Assembly: GCA_963829525.1 (NCBI GenBank)
Contig: CAWHIJ010000003.1
Location: 2,144,001 to 2,208,000, forward strand
From: an uncultured Actinomycetota bacterium
GTDB lineage: Bacteria > Actinomycetota > Actinomycetes > JAHEKZ01
Direction of reading: 5' to 3'
Length of the DNA stretch: 64,000 nt
The position numbers were made by a program, and so were the translations under genes. The notes beneath the pieces were generated by a model, which was not told where the DNA came from, did not search any database, and saw only the letters and a list, made by a program, of their open reading frames with translations. Of the stretch, positions 1 through 7,903 are shown in pieces. Position 1 is the stretch's first letter. Each line of letters opens with the position of its first letter.

Positions 1-308
1 CCGAAGACGACATCGACCCATGGGGCCTTCTCCAGAATGCGGCTCCGGTCCTTCTGGGCCAGACATCCCCCCACAGCGATCTGCATTCCAGGGTTGGCTT
101 CCTTGACCGGTGCCAGGTGGCCGAGGTTTCCGTAGAGCCGATTGTCGGCATTCTCGCGCACCGCGCAGGTGTTGAAGACCACGACGTCCGGTGTCTTGTC
201 GGCGGCCGCGCGGAGGTATCCAGCCGACTCCAGCGAGCCAGCGAGGCGTTCGGAGTCATGAGCGTTCATCTGGCATCCGTAGGTACGCACCTCGTAAGTG
301 CGAGCCAC
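1..308 (-). CDS. miaB: tRNA-2-methylthio-N6-dimethylallyladenosine synthase MiaB (5' part, runs off the window)
   Basis: Manual translation from GTG at 308: [24 protein letters not shown]...[22 protein letters not shown]...VGGCLAQKD, the UPF0004 N-terminus of MiaB. Not in the ORF track. Confidence 0.93.
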   Translation of the reverse strand, partial: MARTYEVRTYGCQMNAHDSERLAGSLESAGYLRAAADKTPDVVVFNTCAVRENADNRLYGNLGHLAPVKEANPGMQIAVGGCLAQKDRSRILEKAPWVDVVF

Positions 309-407
309 GTCGTCTGTAAGGGGGGCATCCCCTACGAGGGCATCAGATCGGACGGACACGCTGATCAGGGTAGGTGTTGGCCTTGTCGTTCGCTCCAGCG
401 CACTGCT

Positions 408-470
408 GCCGGCTGACAGCGCCGGCTGACAGTGCCGGCTGACAGCGCCAACCGACGGTGCCAACCGACT
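408..470. repeat. 13-bp tandem repeat: GCCGGCTGACAGY x3 then degenerate GCCAACCGAC copies x2
   Basis: Read directly in the divergent intergenic region between miaB and the SerA-like gene. Confidence 0.85.
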
Positions 471-603
471 CGAAAACCTCCTCGTAGTCCCACCCTGTGG
501 TATCGGTATGCCACATAGTGGATCAGATGCTCGCCCGGAAGGTGATCACCCTGCCAGGCTGAACATTCGTCCAACTCCCCTGCGGACCAGATCAGAGGTC
601 ATC

Positions 604-1596
604 ATGCGCATCCTCGTCGCCGACTCGCTCGAGTCATCGGCAGTCGCTGCCCTCGAGGCGGCCGGCCACACCTGCGTCATCAACGCCGACCTGGCCGGTG
701 ACACCCTCCCAAACCACATTGGCGACAACGAAGCACTCATCGTGCGCAGCACCAAGGTGACCGCCGACACGATCGCCGCTGGCAAGGCCTTGGCGCTGGT
801 GGTTCGTGCGGGTGCTGGGACAAATACGATCGACGTTGCCGCTGCCACTGATGCAGGAGTCGTCGTCGCCAACGTCCCAGGGCGTAACGCGGCCGCCGTC
901 GCCGAACTTGCCTTTGGTCTGATGCTGGCGATCGACCGTCGCATTCCGGATGGCGTGATCGAGATGCGCGCAGGCCACTGGGACAAGAAGGGGATGAGCA
1001 AGGGCGCCCGGGGGCTGGCTGGCGCCTCGCTGGGGATCGTCGGCCTCGGTAGCATCGGCCTCGGCGTCGCCCAGCGGGCGAAGGCCTTTGGCATGAGGGT
1101 GATCGCGCTGCAGCGGCCCGGCCGGTCACCGGAGTCACAAGCGCGAATCACCGACCTCGGGATCGACCTCCTCGACTCACTGCCCAAGCTGGCAGCTGCG
1201 GTTGACATCCTGTCGCTGCACATCCCGGCTGGTCCGAGCACCACCGGGATCGTTGACCGCGAGACGATCGAGGCCATGCGGCCCGGCGCCGTGCTCATCA
1301 ACACATCTCGGGCTGACGTCGTCGACTCCGATGCCCTGCTGACTGCTCTTGACGCGGGCCGCGTTCGGGCCGGCCTGGATGTCTTCCCTGATGAGCCAGG
1401 GAGCGGCAAGGCCGAATGGACCTCTCGCCTCTCGACGCACCCAGCAGTTGTCGGAACGCACCACATCGGGGCTTCCACCGAGCAAGCCCAACTCGCCGTG
1501 GCCGAGGGAGTCGTCGACGTCGTGGCCGGCTTTGTCGCCGGGGTTCCTATTCACGTCGTGAACCCTGCGGCACTCACGAAGGCGTCGGGCGGGTGA
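604..1596 (+). CDS. D-isomer-specific 2-hydroxyacid dehydrogenase (SerA-like, no ACT domain)
   Basis: MRILVADSL start, RAGAGTNTID, GLGSIG Rossmann motif, INTSRA, LDVFPDEP, HIGASTEQAQ. Confidence 0.85.
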   Translation: MRILVADSLESSAVAALEAAGHTCVINADLAGDTLPNHIGDNEALIVRSTKVTADTIAAGKALALVVRAGAGTNTIDVAAATDAGVVVANVPGRNAAAVAELAFGLMLAIDRRIPDGVIEMRAGHWDKKGMSKGARGLAGASLGIVGLGSIGLGVAQRAKAFGMRVIALQRPGRSPESQARITDLGIDLLDSLPKLAAAVDILSLHIPAGPSTTGIVDRETIEAMRPGAVLINTSRADVVDSDALLTALDAGRVRAGLDVFPDEPGSGKAEWTSRLSTHPAVVGTHHIGASTEQAQLAVAEGVVDVVAGFVAGVPIHVVNPAALTKASGG

Positions 1597-2867
1597 CCCT
1601 TGTCGGGCGCTTCCCCGCCCGGATCGTCAAACAAGAGCGCGCTGCCGACGTGGTGTGCCCGATGCATGACGCCCTGAGCGCCGCCCAGCGGGCCAACCTT
1701 CTGCTGGAGAACCCTCTGAGCTATCTGAACGTCACCCGTTCTGCCCTCGACATGCCTGGCGCCTCGTACGAGGAGATCGGGGCCGCAAACGCCGCAGGGC
1801 TCGAGCGCCTCCTGCGGTCTGACTCGTACGGCGCTCTCGGAGCCCCTGCCATCTACGTCTACCGGATCGACCGGGACGGTGACGTGCACACAGGTGTGGT
1901 CGCCGACCTGGACGTCAACGGCTTCGTTGATGGGCGTGTCCTGGGACACGAAGACGTCAAGCCGGAGAAGGTCGAAGCGCTCTCTAAGCACTTCGAAGCC
2001 GTCCCGACCCGCTCAGAACTCGTTGCGGTGATGCACCGTGACGACGACCAAGCTGCTGCCATCGTCAGTGCAACGACTTCTCGTCCCCCCGTGCTCACCG
2101 TCACCGACCTCACCGGTGTCGAGCAACAAGTCTGGCGCGTGGACGACTCCGATGCACCGGTCTTGATCGACCGGCTCAGCGCACTTCGTCACTACGTCGC
2201 CGATGGCCATCACCGGGTTGCGGCCACCGTGGCTCGATGGCGCGACCACGGTAGCCCCCGCGGTGGCACGGTGCTGTGTGTCCTCTATCCCGAGAGCCAG
2301 ACGCACCTACTCGCCTTCGATCGACTCGTCGCAGGACCCTTTGACGCAAGCGCCGTGCTCGACGCCCTCAAAGAGCGGTTCGAGGTTGACGAGGCAACCG
2401 GACCAACCCGTGGACACGGTGGCTTCGGGCTACATCTGGCCGGCACCTGGTACCGCGTCCACCTGCCGGATGTCGCCGGCCGTGCTGATGCTGATGCTGA
2501 TGACAAGGGTGCAAGTGACAGGGGTGCGGCCTGTCTCGACGTGGCACGGCTCGATGCCGAGCTCCTGCAACCCACCTTCGGAGTTGCGTCAGGGAGCGAC
2601 CGGGTGACCTACGTTTCCGAGCTCACCGATCCTCAAGAGGTCGCGGCAACTCACCCTGATCACGCTCTCTTCGTCCTCGCTGCACCTACGCACGCCGAAC
2701 TCATCGAGGTCGCCGAGCGGGGTGAGGTGATGCCGCCGAAGAGCACATACATAGAGCCGAAACCGCGAGCCGGAGTCTTTCTGCATCCGCGCCAAGGCCC
2801 GGTCGACCCACGGGATCTGCCCTCGACCAGGGCAGCGGGAGCCGCGACCGGTGCGCGCACAGCTTGA
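1593..2867 (+). CDS. DUF1015 family protein
   Basis: GTGA overlap with the upstream gene; NPLSYLNV, HEDV, YVADGHHR and MPPKSTYIEPKPRAG motifs; DUF1015 is commonly found beside serA. Confidence 0.85.
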   Translation: MTLVGRFPARIVKQERAADVVCPMHDALSAAQRANLLLENPLSYLNVTRSALDMPGASYEEIGAANAAGLERLLRSDSYGALGAPAIYVYRIDRDGDVHTGVVADLDVNGFVDGRVLGHEDVKPEKVEALSKHFEAVPTRSELVAVMHRDDDQAAAIVSATTSRPPVLTVTDLTGVEQQVWRVDDSDAPVLIDRLSALRHYVADGHHRVAATVARWRDHGSPRGGTVLCVLYPESQTHLLAFDRLVAGPFDASAVLDALKERFEVDEATGPTRGHGGFGLHLAGTWYRVHLPDVAGRADADADDKGASDRGAACLDVARLDAELLQPTFGVASGSDRVTYVSELTDPQEVAATHPDHALFVLAAPTHAELIEVAERGEVMPPKSTYIEPKPRAGVFLHPRQGPVDPRDLPSTRAAGAATGARTA

Positions 2868-2933
2868 GAACGACACCACCCGAAGAACGACACCACCCGA
2901 AGAACGACACCACCCGAAGAACGACACCACCCG
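2868..2933. repeat. 17-bp tandem repeat (GAAGAACGACACCACCC) ~4 copies
   Basis: Read directly between the convergent DUF1015 and HNH stop codons. Confidence 0.92.
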
Positions 2934-2938
2934 ACGCA

Positions 2939-4270
2939 TCAGGGCGGCGTGAGTCTTCGGGTGCCATCGGGCTCGATGACGACCCGCCATTGTTTGAGAT
3001 GAACGAGTCCGTGGTGGCGGCGGCAGAGCAGCACTGTGTTTTCGAGCGAAGTTTCGCCGCCGTGTTCCCAGAAGACGACGTGGTGCACGTCGCAGCGTTC
3101 GGGTGACCGATGGCAGCCCGGCCCAACGCAGCTGCGGTCTCGGGCAGCAACGGCGCGGCGGAGTGCGGGCGGGATCGTCCGTGTGGCACGCCCCACGTCG
3201 ATGACCTGGGAAGTCCCGTCGGTGACGATGCGCGACACGGTGGAGTCGCAACCGATCATCTGGGCCTCGGTCGCCGTGATCGGACCAATCCACGCCAGTT
3301 GCGCCGGCTCGACGGCACCGGAGGATCGTTCTCGTCCTTCGGCGAGGGTGGCGTGGTCGACGATCACCGACAGGTGTGGACGCACGCCTCCAACCGTGAC
3401 CTGATTGAGGTCCTGCAGCCACTCCTGACAGATCTCTGCAAGCGCATCAGCACGGCGCTGCGCCCAGGTTCGAATGTCGTCGACTTCAGTGGCACCGCCG
3501 GTTGCCTCAGATTGGCCATCACCGTGCCCATCCCCCCGGTCTGGGCTGGAGCCGGGACGTAACTTGGTGTCCAACGCTGTCATCAACAGCGCACCGGTTA
3601 CCGGGTCAAGAAGGCCGTTGACCGACACCATTCCGTCCATCGTCTCGGCCACTGACAACCCTCGCCGATCGAGTTTGCGGATCGCTGCATCATCAGCGCG
3701 TTGCCGGTCGAAGCAGTGCACAAGTCGGTCACCTACCCGACGCAGCTGACCAGGATCGAGCGCCCTGGCATGCTCGGCCAACGACCGCTCGGCCTCATCG
3801 CGATGTTCGACCGGAACACTGGCAAGTGTCTGATCGATCACCAGGGCGTGCCGCCAGGTCACCGTGCCTGACAGCATTCCCTGCGCAGTTGCTCCCAGCT
3901 CACCAGTAACTGCCGCAGCCACCTTCGCCCGACCGGACGCCTCACCCGGCGCCATTCGGCAGGTATGCCGTAGCCAGGAGGCCAGCGAACCGAAGCCCGC
4001 ATCAGCGATGGCGCCGGAACTGTCCAAATCGGCGGCCGCACCGAGCCAGAGCGCCTCGCACTGGTCGATCAGCTGACGCATCGCGACCACTTGGCCCGCG
4101 GGCGTCGCGTGCTGGGCCTCAGTGGCGAACGCCGCGAAGAGCTCGGCAGCCCGCGGCACCAGCCCCACCGACCCCGCTCCGGACAGGGCCGACCCCGGAC
4201 GTTGTCCAGGCAGAGACCACACCGGCTCCGGGCGTCGGTCGCCGGCTTCATCGGTGTGATCGTGACCCAT
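2939..4270 (-). CDS. DUF222-domain HNH endonuclease (13E12/REP13E12-like)
   Basis: QRRADAL, RPHLSVIVD, CDSTVSRIV, DVGRATR; C-terminal RDRSCVGPGC...CDVHHVVFWEHGGETSLENTVLLCRRHH. Start taken at ATG 4270. Confidence 0.9.
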   Translation of the reverse strand: MGHDHTDEAGDRRPEPVWSLPGQRPGSALSGAGSVGLVPRAAELFAAFATEAQHATPAGQVVAMRQLIDQCEALWLGAAADLDSSGAIADAGFGSLASWLRHTCRMAPGEASGRAKVAAAVTGELGATAQGMLSGTVTWRHALVIDQTLASVPVEHRDEAERSLAEHARALDPGQLRRVGDRLVHCFDRQRADDAAIRKLDRRGLSVAETMDGMVSVNGLLDPVTGALLMTALDTKLRPGSSPDRGDGHGDGQSEATGGATEVDDIRTWAQRRADALAEICQEWLQDLNQVTVGGVRPHLSVIVDHATLAEGRERSSGAVEPAQLAWIGPITATEAQMIGCDSTVSRIVTDGTSQVIDVGRATRTIPPALRRAVAARDRSCVGPGCHRSPERCDVHHVVFWEHGGETSLENTVLLCRRHHGLVHLKQWRVVIEPDGTRRLTPP

Positions 4271-4478
4271 CAGGCACCCCTTGGGTAGGTCGGCCACTGC
4301 ATGACGTGCGTCGACAACCGACGCTTTCACCCAAGGAGAGCCTCAGACCCTCCTGCTCACCGAGCAGGACAGCCACAACGACTCTCACGACTGGTCCGGC
4401 CCTTCCGCATCAGCGGCGCCGATCCATCACCTGGCCTCTACCAGCAGAACTCCCAGAGGGAGATTCCTGAGGTCATCT

Positions 4479-4494
4479 TCGAACGTATGTTCGA
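4479..4494. promoter_or_regulatory. LexA SOS box upstream of the DUF222-HNH gene
   Basis: TCGAAC-GTAT-GTTCGA, a perfect match to the actinobacterial consensus TCGAAC-N4-GTTCGA. Confidence 0.88.
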
Positions 4495-4515
4495 TTGTAG
4501 CTCATCCCCCCGACA
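4494..4515 (-). promoter_or_regulatory. RecA-NDp (PafBC-type) DNA-damage promoter for the HNH gene
   Basis: Minus strand TGTCG-GGG-GGATGAGC-TACAAT fits TGTCRgtg-N8-TAnnnT. Confidence 0.75.
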
Positions 4516-4563
4516 CTCTCAACCCGCTGCGCACTTCTCCGCGAAAATGCCGCCCCCACCGCC

Positions 4564-5673
4564 TCAGACCCCGTCGCGCTCGGCCAGGTACCGCTGGTTG
4601 AACGCGTAGACGTACATGTCCTTCTCGGGATAGACGCCGTGGTCGAACGCCTGCGAGCTCACACCGAGCTGCACGCGTTCGCAGATGGCGTTGTCCTGAC
4701 CTCCGACCAGCTCACCGAACTGCACCAGTCCGCTCGGGTCGAAGTCGGGGGCGTTGATCGTGTCGGGGTGGAAGAGGTACCACGCCACCTGCCGCGTGCG
4801 GCCTGGGCCAAGAGGGAAGAGCTGGGTGACGATGATCGCGGTGCCTGACGTGTCGATCATGATGTTCGGGAAAATGGTCCCGCCGTAGACCGACTGCGCA
4901 TCGACCTCATTCATCCCCGGCAGCAGCGGAAGCGGCGATGCCCCAGGGGCGTACGTTCCGCCACTCGCGAGGGTGACGCCACCATCGTCACGGCCATCCT
5001 CGAAAACCCACCCCTTGCGGTAGGCCGGGATGACATCGACCAGCTCAGGGTGCACGGTCGGGCAGTGCAGACACTCGTTGTAGTTCTCGATGATGATCTT
5101 CCAGTTCGCCTCGACCATCCACTCTGCCGACGCACCGATGCGCAGCTCATCCATCTGAAAGCGCTCGAAGCTGAGCATGTCGTCGTACGCCTCGCCGATC
5201 ATCTCGCGCAACGGCCGGGGGGTGCCTTTCGTCAGGTTCACGAAGACGAAGCCCTGCCATTCGTCGAGGTGCACCGGCCAGAGGGACAGCTTGCTGCGGT
5301 CGAGCTCGTCCTCGTCCACCTTGGGCGTGACGACGAGGTCGCCTTTGAGCGTGTAGCACCAGGCGTGGTACGGACACATGATCGTGCCCTTGTCGCTGCC
5401 GCTCGGCTCGTCCCGGAGCCGGGCACCACGGTGTCGGCAGACGTTGTAGAACCCGCGCAGCTTGCCGTCTTCACCGCGGAGCACCATGACGCTCTCGCCG
5501 ACGACGTCGACGATGAACCAGTCGCCGGGGTGAGGAGCCTGCTCGGCGCGGCCGGCGCAGAACCACGAACGCAGGAAGATTCGCTGTCGCTCCAGCTCGA
5601 AGATCTCCGGGTCGCGGTAGTCGCGCCCTGGAAGGGTGTGTCGTTCCACACGAGTAGCTTCCACGCTGGTCAC
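4564..5673 (-). CDS. Rieske non-heme iron oxygenase alpha subunit (GbcA/choline monooxygenase-like)
   Basis: NVCRHRG...CPYHAW Rieske motif; NWK..ENYNECLHCPTVHP iron site; GTG 5673 preceded by GAAGGAGG. Confidence 0.88.
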   Translation of the reverse strand: MTSVEATRVERHTLPGRDYRDPEIFELERQRIFLRSWFCAGRAEQAPHPGDWFIVDVVGESVMVLRGEDGKLRGFYNVCRHRGARLRDEPSGSDKGTIMCPYHAWCYTLKGDLVVTPKVDEDELDRSKLSLWPVHLDEWQGFVFVNLTKGTPRPLREMIGEAYDDMLSFERFQMDELRIGASAEWMVEANWKIIIENYNECLHCPTVHPELVDVIPAYRKGWVFEDGRDDGGVTLASGGTYAPGASPLPLLPGMNEVDAQSVYGGTIFPNIMIDTSGTAIIVTQLFPLGPGRTRQVAWYLFHPDTINAPDFDPSGLVQFGELVGGQDNAICERVQLGVSSQAFDHGVYPEKDMYVYAFNQRYLAERDGV

Positions 5674-5712
5674 GGGGCCTCCTTCGACGGTGCCTGAGCC
5701 TGGCCAGACTAG

Positions 5713-5742
5713 CAGTTCACTGAATGGCCATTCAGTGAACTG
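5713..5742. promoter_or_regulatory. Perfect 30-bp palindrome, probable operator
   Basis: CAGTTCACTGAATGG|CCATTCAGTGAACTG between the divergent Rieske and S9 peptidase genes. Confidence 0.65.
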
Positions 5743-5787
5743 GCGGGGCGAGGCGCCACAAACGCCGGCCCTGGCTAGAGTCCGGTC

Positions 5788-7776
5788 ATGACTGAACCGG
5801 TAATCCTCCCCTACGGCAGCTGGCCGTCGCCGATCAGCGCAGCCGACGTGGCCAGCGGCGCGCTCTCGCTGGAGTTTCCCGGCATTGTCGCGCCCTCGAA
5901 CGGCTCGACCGCACCGGAGATCTGGTGGCTCGAGGGACGTCCCCAAGACGGTGGACGCTTCGCCCTGGTCCGCAGGGCGGCCGACGGTGTGGTCAGCGAC
6001 GTGCTCGGCCCGGAGTGGAGCGTTCGCAGCCGCATCATCGAGTACGGCGCCCATCCGTGGACCCGCGTCCCTGGTGGGACTGTCTTCTGCTTCTGGGACG
6101 ACCAGCGCCTCTACCTGCTACCAGACGGTGCCGCGACGCCTCATCCGCTCACGACACCTCCGAGCGACGACACCACGCACATGTACGGGGAGCCGCGTCC
6201 AGGCCCATCCGGCACGCTCCTCGCGATACGAGAGACGCGCGCCGGCCATGTCGTCAGTCGCTCGCTGGTCATGGTCCCGCTCGACGGTTCAGCAGCCCGC
6301 GATGACAACAACATCAACGTGGTCAACGACCAGCATCACTTCTACGCACATGCACGCCTTTCCCCCGACGGCAGTCGCGTCTCCTACATTGCGTGGGACC
6401 ATCCGCAGATGCCGTGGGACGGTACGGTCGCGGCCGTCGTCGATCTCGCGCAAGCACTTCCTGCGTCCGAGCGGGTGCTCTTGGGTTCGACCACTGAGTC
6501 CGTGATGCAGCCAGAGTGGGCCGACGACGATCACCTCTATCTCGTCAGCGACCGCAGTGGCTGGTGGAACCTCTACCGACTCGGGCTCACCGACGGGGCG
6601 CTCGATGCGCTAGTGCCCCGTGATGAGGAGTTCTCCAGCCCGCTGTGGCTGCTCGGGCTCACGACGTACGGGGTTCTCGCCGACGGCCGGCTCGCAGTCA
6701 CGCACGGACGGGGCCATGAGCGACTCTCCGTGCTCGACCCGAAAACGGGTTCGCTGGTGTCCAGCGGCCTCGGCCACACATGGGATACCTACGTCATGAC
6801 GTCGGGCAGCACCGTGGTCTCCGTGGCTCAATCGAACACGCTCCCCTGGTCGGTCGTTGCTGTCGAGATCGGCCAGACCGCCACCGGCCTTGATGAGTTC
6901 ACGCTCGACGTCGTTCGGCAGGAACTCACAGTGCTGCCGAATGCCGGGTACCTGCCCCTTGCAGAGTCACGCACGTTCACCGGAGTGGACGGTCGCGACA
7001 TCCACGCCTTCGTCTACCACCCGAGCAACCCCCACGCAGTCGCACCTGACGGCGAGCTACCCCCCTTCATCGTCCAGGTGCACGGCGGACCCACCGCGCA
7101 CTCGGTTCCCGGTGTCAGCCTTGCGCGGGCGTACTTCACCAGCCGCGGGATCGGCATCGTCGACGTCAACTATGGGGGCTCTTCCGGGTACGGGCGCGAG
7201 TACCGCAACCGTCTGCGCGGACAGTGGGGCGTCGTTGACGTCGAGGACTCCGTTGCCGCCGCACAGTCGCTGGCGAAGGAAGGCGACGCCGACCCCGCTC
7301 GCCTCGGCATCCGCGGAGGTTCGGCTGGAGGCTGGACCACCGTCGCTGCGCTGGTGCAGACCGACAGCTTCGCCGCAGGTGCGGCCTACTACCCCGTCAC
7401 CGACCTGCTGCCGTTTGCCGAGGACACGCACGACTTCGAATCGCGGTATCTCGACGGCTTGATCGGCCCGCTTCCTGAGGCCCGCAACCTGTATGTCGAG
7501 CGCTCTCCCTTAACGCATTTGCACCAGCTACGGACGCCGATCCTGCTGCTGCAGGGCGACGACGACAAGGTGGTGCCACCCTCGCAGCCGCAGGCGGTCG
7601 CTGACGCATTGGCCGGCACCGGCGTCCCCCACGCATATCTGCTCTTCGCTGGGGAGCAGCACGGCTTCCGCAAGGCGGAGTCGAACATCACGGCGTTGGA
7701 GTCCGAGCTGTCGTTCTACGGCCAGGTCTTCGGTTTCACGCCCCCCGGAGTGCCCGTACTCGCGCTTGAGCACTGA
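5788..7776 (+). CDS. S9 family prolyl oligopeptidase / acyl-peptide hydrolase
   Basis: PYGSWPSPISA start, HGGP, GGSAGG nucleophile motif, QGDDDKVVP, GEQHGFRK. Confidence 0.92.
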   Translation: MTEPVILPYGSWPSPISAADVASGALSLEFPGIVAPSNGSTAPEIWWLEGRPQDGGRFALVRRAADGVVSDVLGPEWSVRSRIIEYGAHPWTRVPGGTVFCFWDDQRLYLLPDGAATPHPLTTPPSDDTTHMYGEPRPGPSGTLLAIRETRAGHVVSRSLVMVPLDGSAARDDNNINVVNDQHHFYAHARLSPDGSRVSYIAWDHPQMPWDGTVAAVVDLAQALPASERVLLGSTTESVMQPEWADDDHLYLVSDRSGWWNLYRLGLTDGALDALVPRDEEFSSPLWLLGLTTYGVLADGRLAVTHGRGHERLSVLDPKTGSLVSSGLGHTWDTYVMTSGSTVVSVAQSNTLPWSVVAVEIGQTATGLDEFTLDVVRQELTVLPNAGYLPLAESRTFTGVDGRDIHAFVYHPSNPHAVAPDGELPPFIVQVHGGPTAHSVPGVSLARAYFTSRGIGIVDVNYGGSSGYGREYRNRLRGQWGVVDVEDSVAAAQSLAKEGDADPARLGIRGGSAGGWTTVAALVQTDSFAAGAAYYPVTDLLPFAEDTHDFESRYLDGLIGPLPEARNLYVERSPLTHLHQLRTPILLLQGDDDKVVPPSQPQAVADALAGTGVPHAYLLFAGEQHGFRKAESNITALESELSFYGQVFGFTPPGVPVLALEH

Positions 7777-7903
7777 CGGCACAGGACGTCGATTCCCCGT
7801 ACTCCTCCCCCTCTGCGGTGTCGGCCACCCAGGGCTTTGGCCTCTGCCGAACGTCTGAACCAACCTCCTAGCCTCAAAGAAGGTCTGAGGTCCGGAGGCT
7901 GTC

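Noticed and set aside
2868-2933. CRISPR-like array next to an HNH nuclease
   Set aside because: Contiguous 17-bp tandem copies with no spacers.
7780-7903. Riboswitch or RecA-NDp motif (TGTCGG) before the delta-60 gene
   Set aside because: No correctly spaced -10 and no recognisable aptamer; only a short CCTCA/TGAGG stem.
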